Below are positions 48,380-61,902 of a stretch of DNA of 64,000 nucleotides, one piece after another. The notes below the pieces were generated by a model that was given only the letters and a program-made list of their open reading frames with translations, did no database searches and was not told the DNA's origin. The DNA comes from Daphnia carinata (lineage: Eukaryota), in the NCBI RefSeq assembly GCF_022539665.2, contig NC_081331.1:8866001-8930000 (forward strand), in the 5' to 3' direction. The position numbers and the translations under genes are program-made. The stretch's first letter is position 1. Every line of letters begins with the position of its first letter.

Positions 48380-51300
48380 TGTAGTAAATGAAAACCTAGC
48401 AACCCCTGTAACCAAGAATACCCCGTTACCAAGAATACACAGTCTTGTCTCAGTTACAGAAGCGTCTACAACATGGTGTCAGAAGTGCTGGTTTCTTAAA
48501 CACGTTTTGAGCGTTATCCATCTGTATCTGCGCCATCCGGAATCAGTTCGAGTAAAGACGTTGTTTCGTTGTTTTGGTTTCTAGTGCAGTGATCTTGAAT
48601 AATGGGGAGCTCACTCCTGGCCCCAGACTCATTCAGTTTTTCGGGGATCTTGCCTCACAGTGGGTCATATGGCGCCGACAGTTTGAGTGGTACCTGAAAG
48701 CTACGAAAAAGAATGAGACAGACGAGGAGATTCTCGTTGGAATTCTATTGACGTTGTTAGGCGCAGATGGCCTAAAAATGTATGATACATTCGTGTGGGA
48801 GATAACAGGTGATGCGAACAAGATAAAATCAGTATTAGATAAGTTTACTCAATATTTCAAGCCTCGCAGCAGTAAGGTGTATGAGCGGTTCGTATTTCTG
48901 CGTCGTCACAAGATGGACGGTGAGTCATGCGAGTCATGGCTACTAGAGTTGCGAAGCCTAATAAAGGACTGCAACTATTAAGGTGATGCTGACTCCATCC
49001 TACGCGACCAATTAGTTATTGGTGTGGCCGTCACCACCAGGGAAAGATTGCTCTACGAACAAGACCTCCAGTTGGCCAAAGCAATTGAAATTATCCAACT
49101 GTCCGGAACTTCCAAGTTACAGCTAGATCAAATGAAGGGGGCAGAGACGATACATCGATTGACGACCAGTGATGGCGGCCGGAACAACAACACAAGCCTG
49201 GTTCCTCAGGTTCACAGCAGCAACGACGCGTTGGGGATCAAACATCGTGGTGAAGAACAGTAACAGCGCATGGATCAGTAGCGTAGTGGAAATAGCCGTC
49301 AATGTTGCAGACAGTGTGGTCGCTATTACCCAAAAGGCGCCTGTTGGGTGGCCGACCATACATGCCATGGATGTGGCCAAGTTTACTTAAATAAGTACTG
49401 CAACAATCGTTATAAAGTTCACTCAGTGACACCCAAAGAGGAAGAGAACCAGTCAAGTGATCAGCACAAGATCAATTCAGTCATCATTGGCCCATCAGCA
49501 GACGATGTCTCTTTCTCTATATACACCTTGTCCACCGGAAAAAGTCATTCTGAGTGGTTCGAGACATTAAAAGTTGATGTGCGCTGATGATTGACGTGCG
49601 CGTCATCGAAAAGCCACCATCGTCGCGATTTTGTTATCGTTGACGAACCAGGTCAGCCAGCTATCCATGGGTTGCCCTCATGCCTCCAGCTAAATCTAAT
49701 TCAGCGAGTGGGCGTCATAGCTGCTGCAACATGTGATCTTCCCTACAATCTCGCCCCCTACGCAGATGTATTTACTGGCTTCCCGATGGTTACCGACTGA
49801 ACATACCATTAAGGTGAGCCCAGAGGTTGACCCCGAGGTATATGCTGCCCGACGCCTGGCGTTCCGTCTCCGAAACATGGTCGAGAAAAAGCTCGTAGAG
49901 ATGGAAGACGTGGGGATCATCGAACGAGTTACCGAACCTACACAGTGGGTCAGTCCAATGGACATCGTCGGCAAACCGGGAAAAGATGTCCGGATTTGTA
50001 TCGACCCTACCGCATAAAACAAAGCCATCAACATTTCTCCATTCCGTCCGTAGAAGAGCTGTTTGGTCCGATCGGAAAGGCGCGTTTCTTCGCTGTGTTA
50101 GACACAACCTCAAGATTTTATCAAATACCTTTATCCGATGAGTCGTCATACCTATGCACCATGATTACCCCTTTCGGACGCTACCGTTTCCGCCGGCTCC
50201 CGTTTGGCATTCGATCAGCACCCGAGGTGTACCGGTGCACCATGGAGAAACTTTTCGGTGACCTGTATGGCATTGAAATCTACTTAGATAATTTCTTGGT
50301 ATGGCGTGAGACAAAAGAGCAGCTAAATGAACGCCTGGTAGCTGTCCCTAGTCGCTGCCCTGATGTTAATCTACGTCTAAAGATTAAAAAGTATTGTTTC
50401 TTCCTGCAGGAAGTACCCTGGCTTGGCCACATCGCCAAAGAAGGTCAATTAATGGCTGACCCAACCAAGGTGGAAGCAATATTAAACATGTTCGATCCAA
50501 AGTGCAAGCAGGGCCTCCTTCGTCTGCTCGGTATCGCAACTTATCTAGACAAATTTTGTAACAACCTACCAACGTTAACCCGCCCCCTACGTGATCTCCT
50601 CAAAGCAGATGCTGAATGGATATGGGATGAGCAACAACACGAAAACCTAAAGAAGCTCAAAGCGGCGTTTACCTCAATGCCAGTGTTGCGCTTGTACGAT
50701 CCCGTTCTTCCTCTGGTCGCATCGGTCGATGCCTCCCCCACCGGCCTTGGAGCGGTATTATTACAAGACAACCAGCCCGTCGCCTATGCATCCGTAACCC
50801 TGACGGAAACACAGAAACGTTACATGCAGATCGAAAAAAAACTCCTTGCTGTTCAGTTTGGACTGGCCCGTTTTCGGCAATACGTGTATGGACAGACAGT
50901 GGTCGTTGAAAACCATCACAAACCCCTAGGAGGCCTCCTCTCAAACCAATGGCAAATGGTCACTCCGCCTTCAACTTCAACGTCACAACTTCGTTTTTGT
51001 CTACAAACCAGGACGTGACCTCATCCTTGCCGATGCCCTCAGCCGTGCCTCCAGTTCCAGTATCTACACGGAAGTCCAATCACATCAAGTGATCAGCACT
51101 CACATTTGGTGATTACGTCGGCCATGGCCGCCACTGCCACTGACCCCGCCCTACAAGTGGTGAAAGATATGCTTTTGAAAGGATGGCCCGAACACTAGAG
51201 AAATTGCCCAATAACGGCCAAACCCTTTTGGAACGTTCGGCACAAATTGCCAGAATGCGATGGCCTCCTTCGAGGGGAAACGGTGGTAGTCTCGAAATCA

Positions 51301-54080
51301 TTGCAGCGGGAAACCTTACGGCAAATCCACGATGGCCACTTCGGAGAAGTCAAGTGTGTCGCACGCGAAAAATCGGGCGTGTACTGGCCAGGCTGCATTG
51401 ACCAAGTCCGAAACATGTTGGCGTCGTGCTCAACCTGCCAAGAAAATGGAAACCAAAATCCTGGCTAGCCACTGCAACCTGTTGAGGTCCCGCTGCATCC
51501 TTTCCAGATCGTGGGCTAAGACCCCCCTACTTGCTCGTCGTCGACTGCTACAGCAATGTTTTGTCCCATGTTTTGTCCCACTAAAGTCAACGATCTCGTC
51601 TGCAATCATCGCAGAGCTCGATCGGATTTTCGCCGATTTTGGAATTCCATCTGTGCTACGGTCCGACAATGGACCCCAATACGGAGTGCAGAGTTCAGGT
51701 GCTATTGTGCCCCCAAGGGCATTCAACACACCACTTCAAGCCCAGAATACCCGCAGTCAAACGTGTTGGCCGAGAGAACCGTACAGACGGTGAAACCACG
51801 TCTGGTAAAAATGCTAGAAGACGGGAAAACGGTTTGGGATGCCCTCACCGCAATTCGCTCAACACCCGTGTCTTCAACTTTTCTCTGTCACCCGTGTCCT
51901 CCTACAAGGCCGCCACCCCCGTGGCACTCTACCTCACACCCCCCTCCGCACTCCAGCCCAGGGTCGTTAGTGCGCCTACCGTCCGGCAGCAGTTACAGAA
52001 AAGCCATGCAGCAGCGTCATTCAACCCCGGCCGTTTTCCCGCCACTCGCGGTTCCGTTTTGGCCGTTTGGCAGACGGTCCGAGTTCGCGTTTCCAGAAAG
52101 TGGATTCCGGGCACTGTTACAAGGGTATATGCAGAGCCCCATTCGCATGTAGTCCACACCCGAGATGGGTGTGAACTACATTGGGTGCGAAACTTCAGGA
52201 GGACGTGCCGAGCCACTAATGCACAGCGAGAACGCAGCCCAACTTCTCCACATTCGTCACTGTCTTTACAGTTTTCGGCTAAACCACCTCCACAGGTCGT
52301 AGTGTCCCAGACTTTTCTAGCTTTGCCCCAAGATGGATGGTTACCACCACAGACGTATACAACCCACCCGACTGACGAGAGTCCATTTCACGGGTATTCA
52401 CCGGCCGCTCCCGCAGTCGCCACATCGCCCCAGAATCGCCCTGGTCAAGAAACATCGGACACACGTGGATCCACCCGTTCTGGACGGCCTTTCCTCGCCA
52501 ACCCCCGCTCGCTGCTCCCGCTTACACGGTAAGTGTCTTACATCCCGATGCTCTCACTGACCTAAATTTTCTCTCCCCATATCTGTCCCTTGCATCTGTC
52601 ACTTACTTCCAATTACTTCTCCAACCATCTCTACCGTTCTATAAGGAACTATGCTACCTCATAGTATTATCATTTTTTTCACCTCATGCTTCCCACACAG
52701 CACACTGATGTCCTTTAGATGACCATTTTTGGTCCTCACTGGACCACTAGGACGTCCATAAGACGTGGCGAAATTCTTAAATGACGTGTTTTGGCTGCCT
52801 TCTGCACATCTAGATGTCCGGCAGAAACGGAGCCCGTGTGCATCTTTAACCAGTCGTCCACAACCAGTTTAGGCGGTGAACTGGACCACTTTTGTACCGT
52901 TTAATAATGTAATTTTAAAAGATGTGGATGTGGCTGGTATCGAACTCGGGATCTCCCGCATCACATTCGGACGCCCTTTCCACTGGACTATTCTATACAT
53001 ATTGCCGCGAGGGAAAAATAGTGACGTGGTTGTCATTTCTGAAAAGACGTGACAACCAACGATCAAATTGCGCACAACGCAGCTTCTCTTGAAAAGATGC
53101 TGCAACACGCAGATAATTTGATAAAAGATAGTTATCCCTAGAATTTATGTAACCCTAGAGATGGGGCGTATATTCCTCACGAGGGTATAAAAGCCCCTAC
53201 ATTTTTAGCTCTAAGTTCAGTTCTTGAGTTCTTAAGTTCTCTTCAAGTTTTCCTACAGTTCTCTTCACGTTCAAGTTAAGTAAAAGTGTAGTTATTCTTT
53301 ATTTCTGCTATGTCTTGTATTTCTTTTTAAAATTCAATACAATTCATTAACAAAGTAAAGTCCCGTGTGACAATATAAACATCATTATTTTCAAACAATA
53401 TAATAGAAACATAGAAAAAAACTCGAGTTTTTTTTCGACAACAGGTCTAAAAAACATTCTTCAAAACAAAAAATTAAAGTCGAAAATAAGTTAGACCATC
53501 GATCCTTCAAAAGTTATTAAACAAATTAGGCAATTTTTTTTAGATTTTGAAACTTAAGTATGATTTGTAAATTTTTTAAGAAAATGAATTATTTGAGATA
53601 ATATTTTTATGCAAAATAAAATATATTTTTCTAACTCCCTCATTTCAGTGAAACTTACAGTATCAATTTACTTACCAGTTTAGTTGTAAAGAATAAACTT
53701 TGAACATTCTACGTTTGAATTACATGTATGTCAAAACTGGCAACACAGGATTTGGCCAAATGTGGGACTAAAGACGTCAAGAACAGATATAGTGATTTCC
53801 TAGACAACAAACGTGGCTACTGTACATCTATTTTCGCGCCTATATCAGTCCTGTCCTGGTTGTCCTAGTGGGACGGACTTAGGATGACTTTTGGCTTTGA
53901 ATTGTTGTGTGGGTTGTGATATATGTGCACGCCATGCTCATGCTCATGAAATTTACAGTTGAAATTGTCCACGGTAAAGGAAGATGTAGTAAATTGCAAC
54001 CTAGCAACGCCTGTAACCAAGCAGACCCCGCGACCAAGAATACACACTGTCTTCTCTCAGCTACAGAAGCGTCTACAACA
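48380..54080 (+). mobile_element. Full-length but decayed Ty3/Gypsy element (Mag-like), very short LTRs
   Basis: LTRs 48380-48473 and 53985-54080; TSD AAGTA on both sides; PBS TGGTGTCAGAAGTG (tRNA-Leu); PPT AAAGGAAGA; gag (WVIWRRQFEWYL, YERFVF), RT (TPFGRYRFRRLPFGI, YLDN), RNase H (VDASPTGLGAVLLQ), integrase (IHDGHFG...CSTCQ, SDNGPQY); multiple stops and frameshifts. Confidence 0.95.
52692..52870 (+). mobile_element. CMC/EnSpm-like transposon end inserted in the Gypsy 3' region
   Basis: Begins CCCACACAGCAC, followed by GATGTCC/GGACGTCC-type palindromic subterminal motifs; other end not identified. Confidence 0.4.
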
Positions 54081-54182
54081 AAGTAGATCCAATTTGAGGA
54101 TACCGAAGTTTTTTGGGTAAGTAATTTCAGACTTAGTTCATTTTAAATTTACGATTTGAAACATCAAATTATTTACATTTAG

Positions 54183-54395
54183 GTTTATTAAAAGCTGATT
54201 GGGAAATGCTAAACGTTTTCAAGATAGGTAAGAGGTAAAATTTGGCAATGCATAGCAAAGGACTTAAAGGAAGCAAAGTGGGAAAATCTACGTAAAGATT
54301 ACTGAGCCTGCATTTCAAAGTTTCGACAAACTGGAAGTGGTGCTACCAACAAACAAAAAAGCCGAAGTTCTTTCATTCAATGGAAGAAGTATTAG
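54183..54395 (+). pseudogene. Myb/SANT-like (trihelix/MADF-type) DNA-binding protein relic, as in PIF/Harbinger accessory ORFs
   Basis: KIWQCIAKDLKEA-KWENLRKDY*ACISKFRQTGSGAT...PKFFHSMEEVL, between AG and GT splice-like sites; has a stop and frameshifts. Confidence 0.6.
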
Positions 54396-54778
54396 GTAAT
54401 CGAAAGGATGAATGTGTTTCGTATTACACTTACACATGTTCTTACTTCTCTATTTAATTGATATGTTTAAGCTCCAGCTACCATTCCTTTAGACCTCACT
54501 ATGTTAGTTATTCGCTGAATTACAATCGAAATCCGCACAAGTTTCAACAACCTTTTGGATGCAATGGTAATGTATTGGATCGGTGAATTTACAGTAAAAA
54601 GATAAAGCTAAAGAAACTGGGACTGAGACAGCTGTTACTTCAGCGTGTGAATTTCTTTTAGATGAGGAACCTAATACATGCAATCCAAAAGAAAAGTACA
54701 GTTTTTCGTCTTACATATCCAATGATGTATCCATATTCATGATGTTTATAATATATTGCGAAAGAAGAAGAGTATTAA

Positions 54779-55987
54779 CCCTAGCAAGTGAAAACCGGCT
54801 GGAGATGCGTTTCAGCTGAGTCTTTCGACTGCGTTTTGCGAACCATACGCAGATTTCCGGCGCTAATTATCTGCCAATAAATACGCAGTTTTAACGGTTT
54901 CTAGACTAGTTTTTGTAAGACGACATTAGGGCTACTTCTGAAAGCGTTTCTCGTACTCATTTTGAACGTGTTTTCCTGTTTGATTTCAGTACGATGGTAC
55001 CGTTTAAATACGGTTTATGAAAGGCAAAGAAAATGCGTACGTATTCCGTATGTAATGTAATTATGTACTAGAACCAAATCAGTATAAAAATAAATTTATT
55101 TATCAAGTTTCAGTAAAAATTATAGTAAATAGTGAAATACAAAATGAATTTTGGTCAAGGAAACATTATTTTATACAGAATTTCCGGTGAAATGCTTAGC
55201 GAAAATAGGTTCAAACAAATAACACCATCACCTGATTCTCTCTTGTGACCTGTTGGTAATGGATGCTTTGTTGGTAGTTTCCTGGACATTGTTATTAATT
55301 TGAAATGTAAGACTAGAAAACAAATAGATATTAATTAAAATTTAGAATGGATTCAACGGAAATGTAAGAAAGGATGACACGAGGCGTCCTTTGTGTTATC
55401 ATCGCAGTACATTCACAAGCATTACAATGTATGTAAGAAAGATTTTACCTTTTCAGGGTGTTTGGTTATTACTTATTATTATAGTATATTTATTATTATA
55501 GTGTAGCATATTATTAATAATAGTTACCTCTACAAGTTATTTAATCCTTAGGTAAGTGAAAATCAGCACAACAGTAATTATCAGATTTTCAGAAAACACT
55601 AAGCACTAAGCACTAAGTACTAAATACTCGTCGCTATGGTTGACGATGACGCTACGTCGCTCGACTTGCCAAAAATCTAGTTTCGAGACGCTACCGCTAC
55701 GTGTTTCCACACAAAGCATTAAAAATTAAAAAAAATTTAAGACCAAAACGGTTTGGAGACGGAAAATCCAGGCGCAATGTTATTTATAACAACGGTACGC
55801 AAAAAATGGCAACCATACGCATTAAAACTGCAAATGAAAACAGTATAAACTTAGTATGTTAAACGAAATAACGAAAACTAAAAAAATAACTGTTGTACGA
55901 CATTAGAACTGTTTTCAAAGGGATATTCCGTATAGATTTCAGTATCAAATACCAATACCGAAATCAGACGGATTTCACTTACTAGGG
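54779..55987. mobile_element. Non-autonomous CMC/EnSpm-like element
   Basis: TIRs CCCTAGCAAGTGAAAACCGGCTG versus (reverse complement) CCCTAGTAAGTGAAATCCGTCTG (20/23); 2-bp flank AA on both sides. Confidence 0.75.
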
Positions 55988-58179
55988 AAGGTTTAGGTTT
56001 GTACGTTTTTGGTTTCTTTTATATGCTATTTTACCTCTATTTATATAAATGCCATAATATATAGTTACATCAATTAATAATATGATACTTATAAATATTT
56101 AGAATGGATTTTTTAGAGAATAAAATTATTGTATTAACTTCCACGTTTACACTTACAAAAACCGTATAATTTGATACAAGGAAAATAAATAAAACAAAGT
56201 AACAGTGAATGTAGCAGGCAGAAATCTTGCGGATGTGAACTAACATTAACTTTCATTTTACCGTCAACACACACTAGTATAATAGTTCAGCTGGACACTT
56301 CAACCTTCATTGTCAAAAGCCATTTTAACATCAATTACTCACAATTGTTGAACCAAAAAGGTTGAGCTAATGGTTGACGCAAAAAATGCGCCCTAAGTCA
56401 TCTACTTCTCGCTGAGCTGCTTTAACAGGAGGACAACAACTTACAATTTGACCAAATTTTTTGTTGAAAATACAATTATATTTTGATGAAAATAGCCTGA
56501 ATTATGCAGAACAGATCTTCGGAAATCGTTGAAATTTGAAATGTTGCAGGCGAGACGTTTACATCAGAGTTGTTGCTTTCTTTCGGTGATGGTAGCAACT
56601 AGAATCACAGTTGGAAAGCCAACCAGAATGCTAGAATCGTGTACCAGTCGGAGCCCAAATGGTTGAATCGACTCGTGGAGATCATTTTGACCTCAGCCGA
56701 TCTCTCTCCCTCTCCGATCTGACCTCTCCGATCCGAAATATTTATCTTGTGACCGATGTCCTCAAGCGTTGAAAATTACAAACTTCTGTATTTTTTGAAA
56801 ATAATGTGTACCGTGACTATGGATTCGAATATGCAACCCGAAACTCGTCCTTAGAGATTTACCATCCTCTAGATAATTATGAATTGACTTTTTTAATAAC
56901 TGCGTTGTATCGTGCTGGGAAACGATTTGAGTAGCTTAATGTCCGTTTGCTAATAGACTGAACCCAATGTTGAATCTATCGGCCAATTGTTGTAAGGATA
57001 GCTACGATTGCCCTCTGAAACAAATGCCCCCACCCCGACTCTTGTCCTCCGAAACTAATGCCCCTCTAACTAATTCTCCCTTAACTAAGCCCCACTCCCC
57101 CAGCCAATGCTCCCTTAAATAATGCCTCCCCTTTAAACATAACCATAGACCCACGTTCATCGGCATTTAAGAGACCAAATACAGCTTAAACTGAAACCTC
57201 TAAAAAAAAGAAAAATAACTTATAAAAAATCGCAAATCATATCACTTTGAATAATTAGATGGATTCTGGTACCAAAATATGCAGTATTCTTTGTGAAATT
57301 TCATTAAATTCTTCTCTATTTTCAGTCTCTTGGAGTTCTTTGAAAGTCCCTAACATTACATCTTTTTATAGCCGTACTGATTTTGAAAACAGCTTGGCTA
57401 CAAGAAAAGCCGTATACAGGCTAATAGCGGCCATTTGTGAACTTCCTTGTTTCAGGACACAGTAACCTTCCATTTGGTTAGAAACTTTTGATGAGACTGG
57501 CTTTATAGAACACGCTGGTATTTCCTGATAATTACTGGACACCAACACGTTATCTTCCAAATTTTCTATCCTGGGTAGAAAGATTGCCACGAACGGTAAA
57601 CCACCCATAGTGAGACTTGGCTTCTCTGTTTGATAATTAATTCGTATGGATCCAAATTACTTTAATTAATGTAGCTTAAATAAACTTAACTTCCGACAAA
57701 ATCGTTTCCTAGCAGAAGTTCCATCCATGACATCGTCTTGTAGGATTCCTTATAACGGTGCATTAGAATTTGAACAGATTCCGAATTTTTAAAGCCCTTT
57801 CGGGTGATGTGCCCAAATTTTGTAATAAAAGCATTGTGGTTTATTTACCGTCAATAGTGGGTCATTTAGTCTTGAATGAGCCTCTTGAATTCCCTTGCTC
57901 AATTTTCTCCTTGTGTTTTTAATTTCTCACAAGTGTCCTGAATTCATTCACCTATCAACTTCATAAAGTCTAATATGCTGCTCTGGATACACTACAGTAA
58001 AGTTGGGTAGTTGTTCATGAAGTTTCTGCGGATTCGCTATCGCATCTTTCTATCTCTTACTTCTGACATGAGTGACGCATCGGTATAAGATTTTGCTAGG
58101 GTCATAATTTCTTCGCTTGTTTGTCGTTTCGGCCAATCACTTTTCTAAAAGGTGCTGATAGAAGGGATCTAAAACGATT

Positions 58180-58740
58180 ATATCATCAGCGTGTTTCAGT
58201 TATATTTGTGTCGACAATCTACAAAGCTTTCGACGAGTCTATTTCCATAAAAAGACCGCAGTTTTCTGGCTGAAACTCTTACCATAGACGGGACTGAAGG
58301 CGTGACCTGGTTTCCTCCGGCAGCAAGTAGTGCCATACTGTCTTCCGAGTCGCTTGGAATTTTTGCGCACCGGAATCAATTTCTTGTGGTTTCATCCAAG
58401 TACATACTGAAATTATTTCGTTTGTCAAGCATAGTCCCAGCCATTGTGGGTTGAAATCGTTTCACAGCGCTCCAATCATTGACGGGCGTCTTGGGTTAGG
58501 CCACCTGGAAAAGTAGGCTGGATTATGAATTTTCTAACAGCTGCCTTAGCTGTTCCTTGAAGTTGCTGCAAATGTCTTAGTGATCCAAAAAGATGTTGTC
58601 CTATCACTGAAATAATAGGGTGCATAGGCTCTCTTGAATCTGGCTCAGAGTCAGAAATTGAATCTGACCGACTTACAGGGCTGTTAATGTTAAATTCTCT
58701 CTGGCGAGTTGGCCCTGTGCTCGACGTAGCCCTCAAAATA
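58180..58740 (-). pseudogene. Old Gypsy gag (capsid) relic
   Basis: FIIQPTFPGGLTQDARQ*LERCETISTHNGWD resembles the PxF.G...D...WL..F capsid motif; heavily decayed. Confidence 0.55.
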
Positions 58741-61700
58741 AAATATCAAAATTAACATACATAAAACTAAAGTTACCCTGAATTTAAGTATATTAGTATA
58801 CAGAGAAAAAAGTGGAAATAAACACGGCCGATTTCGTTGTTGTCGGAATAAAAATTCCAGTTTTTGGAAAGAACTCTACGTAGGCAACCAGCGCGTCAGA
58901 CCGTACTAAAACCGTGGCTAACTGACGCGACTGCAAGGACCTTGGCAGGGCTTGGAAAAAATTTGATTTCAAATAGCGATCTTTGCGGCAGAACAATTAC
59001 ATTTTAATCTTTTTGTTGGATTGACTGTTGAAATTCAAAAATACAAGTCCTTTTGTCGGAATACTATGCAAGTAATTTGAAAAGGTAAATTCTGGTGTCC
59101 AATTCATTACGGGTTCTTGTGTAGAATGTTATTTCACTATTTAGTAAAGCGAGTCCTAATGTCGGATTTTATTTGAATATTAATCCTTATGTCCAATTTT
59201 ATTAGAGAATTTATTATAGACTAGTCTTTATTGCATTGAAATTCATATGGGGATGTTTAATCTTCAGTTCTTGTCTAGAATTACACAATATTCTTGTGTT
59301 AAATAGTACTTGTATCGATTTCGTTTGTCCTTACGTTGGCTTTTAAAGTTTTTTTACTACCAACTGCGGTGCCGTTCCAAATTTCAGGGCAAAATCCGGG
59401 TTGATCGTGGTAAAAATCGGTGCAAACCGAACTTTAGAACCAGGTAATGGAACTTATTCCTTTATTTCGTTATCCACTTAGAATCTTAAGGCTGTTGTGG
59501 ATACAAAGACTGGGGAGCCGTTACCTATTGGATCTTAATACGACAAAGATTACTCGTACACCGAAATACCTACAGAGAACCGAGCCCAAGGCTAGGCCCT
59601 AGCTGACTCAACTTAGCTTGGCTTGATGAATTTCTGCGCCAAAGCTGACGCTAAGACCTAGCTGATTTTCGTACAACAGTTTCAAGCTATGGGGGCCTGA
59701 TCTCCATAATACTGCACCAATCTCACTTGTGTTTCCCCTTCCTTGGATATGCTATGGTGGTTGGCCCCAATTGGCTGTGATCGGCCTGCCTACCCAATCC
59801 CGCCGCGCACCACGGCCCATCGGGGCTGAATTAAGATGACATTTTTCCTGTGGGCGGATGGGGTTTACCCGAGAGACTCCACGCCTTCTTCTAAAATGGA
59901 GACTCAGGGAACGCCCTAAACAAAGAAACCTGAATGATCCAGTAACCATCGCGTAGGCACAAATAATCAAGAAGTTCGATCAATTATGTTTTATGAACAA
60001 TCAATTGATTCCGATCGACTTACACATCTCGATGTAAACCTGACGAAAGGGCTAAATATCGTTGAACGACAACTCTGTTATTCACTCCAAAAACAAAATG
60101 ACACACTCGATCGACAAGAGACCGACGTGATCAACGTGATAACAACGCCCTAACAAATAGTCAATTTCTGCCCGTCAATTCCCGTTAAACGCATAGACCT
60201 ACCCGAGAAATGGTTAACCGTACTGGGAAGTCGGAGCAGAAAAAAGTGAAGTTGGGTTTGGGGTTGGTAGCAAGGGTTGTGATCGTGGAAACGAAATGCA
60301 CTGCATTCGACTAACAACTGATTCGTTCTGACAACGAATATAATCAACATAAAAAGAATAACGAATAGCGAATAAAAAACACGTGATTTACATTTTCGAG
60401 TAGCGTAACAAACAACAAAAAGCAATTAAAATTTCAAACCACATTTCAAGTATTTTAATTTGTGATCTGCTGCGAATCTTAAATGCCAGCGGGGAACCCT
60501 GGTTTTTGCCTAGAAAATCCAACGGAACCCACCTTCATTGGGAAAGTAATTTATTGCGCCCCCACCTGACACAACTTGGTTTCGGTTACCTACGTCGAAC
60601 ACTTGGCTCTGGGATTAAAGACAACCGAATATTCTGATGAATTGTGGTCCCGCGGGGTTTTAATAAACCGCGGCGGAGTCATCACTGCTTAAAAATAAAA
60701 AACCATTAGTTTTTAGAAGTTGTATTCAAAATTGCATTCGAAATTGTTTTTTGGAACAGTAATAAAATCACAGCCATAAAAAAAAATTTTAAAAACCAAT
60801 TAAATAAGACCCTTTTTTGTTCGGCGAACGCTCGAAATTTGTATTCAAAATTAACTAATCTATCGGCCAAAAAGATCTTGCGGTGTAGAGCTCGGCCACG
60901 CGTTTATGGAGCCGTATTTTTTCCATCGGGCGGGTTATTCTGGTGTTCGATGTACGTCGTTAGGGTTATCAGTTTTTTTCCAGTGCCCTTTGAGGGTTCT
61001 GGTCGATTTATTTAATCTCATTTAAATATTTTTTTTGCATGTATCAGCATATTGTTTGTACACTGAACTGATAAAAAAATGCTGAGCTGATCAAACCTGA
61101 TAAGTTGTTTTTCGGTGTGGATCGGGGCATGCACCCCGATTATAGCTTTTCGGGGGAGGGGGGAGATCCCTATTACTTAGTGACATAGGGCATTGGTTAT
61201 TCTTTCATTAAAAATTTTCGGTAAATAGGGTATTATTCAACTTAAATTCCTTCTTATGTTAACATATTATTTACTTTGTACGTAATTTAACTGGTTATGC
61301 GTTAATATTCTGTCACTTCTGTTATATATTTGGCAACGTTCTTGCAATCCGTACACGTCATTGCTTGCTGCCACGTCTCAGCTTAGTTATTGTGGTCTAG
61401 TGTAACTGAGTCTTAGTTGATCCCGGGTTGCGTGTGAAGCGGATACATGTACGTGGAAATAAGCAAAACTAATAAAACTTTCTGATTTCATCCCTATTGT
61501 GTCAATTTTAGAAAAAGCTAAATTCTGGCGATTAATTTCACAGTTCCTATTTGATTTGACCCGTTTCCGTGGAAACGCAGTACGGTAAGCTTTTTTTCCC
61601 CCTTTTTCCATTAGTCTTAATGAGTTTACCGACATGCCGAATATTACAAAGTAGTGTAGAACCATGTAACAGTCTTTTCGACCCGAGGCAGATATTGGCA

Positions 61701-61902
61701 TTGAATAGCGTAAGGTTCTGTTAGATACAATTAATATGTCTAAAGCTGCTGCTGATGTCTAGTATACTCAAACTTCAAATAGAGTGACAGTTATTATGTG
61801 TGCTCAGAAAGAGCACTGGGATTCCAATACATATCTACAATACCATTGTATTTTAGTTGTACTGTAAGGCTTTGGACCTCCATCGACTACGAGAGAAGAA
61901 AA

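Noticed and set aside
24231..48487. Idea that local LTR elements are primed by the neighbouring array tRNAs
   Set aside because: The PBSs match Phe, Gly, Ala and a Leu ending ...CTTCTGACA. None matches the 3' ends of the six array tRNAs.
53148..53372. Possible solo LTR (TGTAAC...GTGACA with TATAAAA)
   Set aside because: No matching TSD and no second copy in the window.
54775..55991. piggyBac call for the CCC-ended element
   Set aside because: TTAA is present only on the left; the right flank is AAGG. A 2-bp AA duplication fits better.
33626..57135. One giant element bounded by the GGGGCATTAG-type ends
   Set aside because: The two ends face away from each other and their terminal sequences match poorly.
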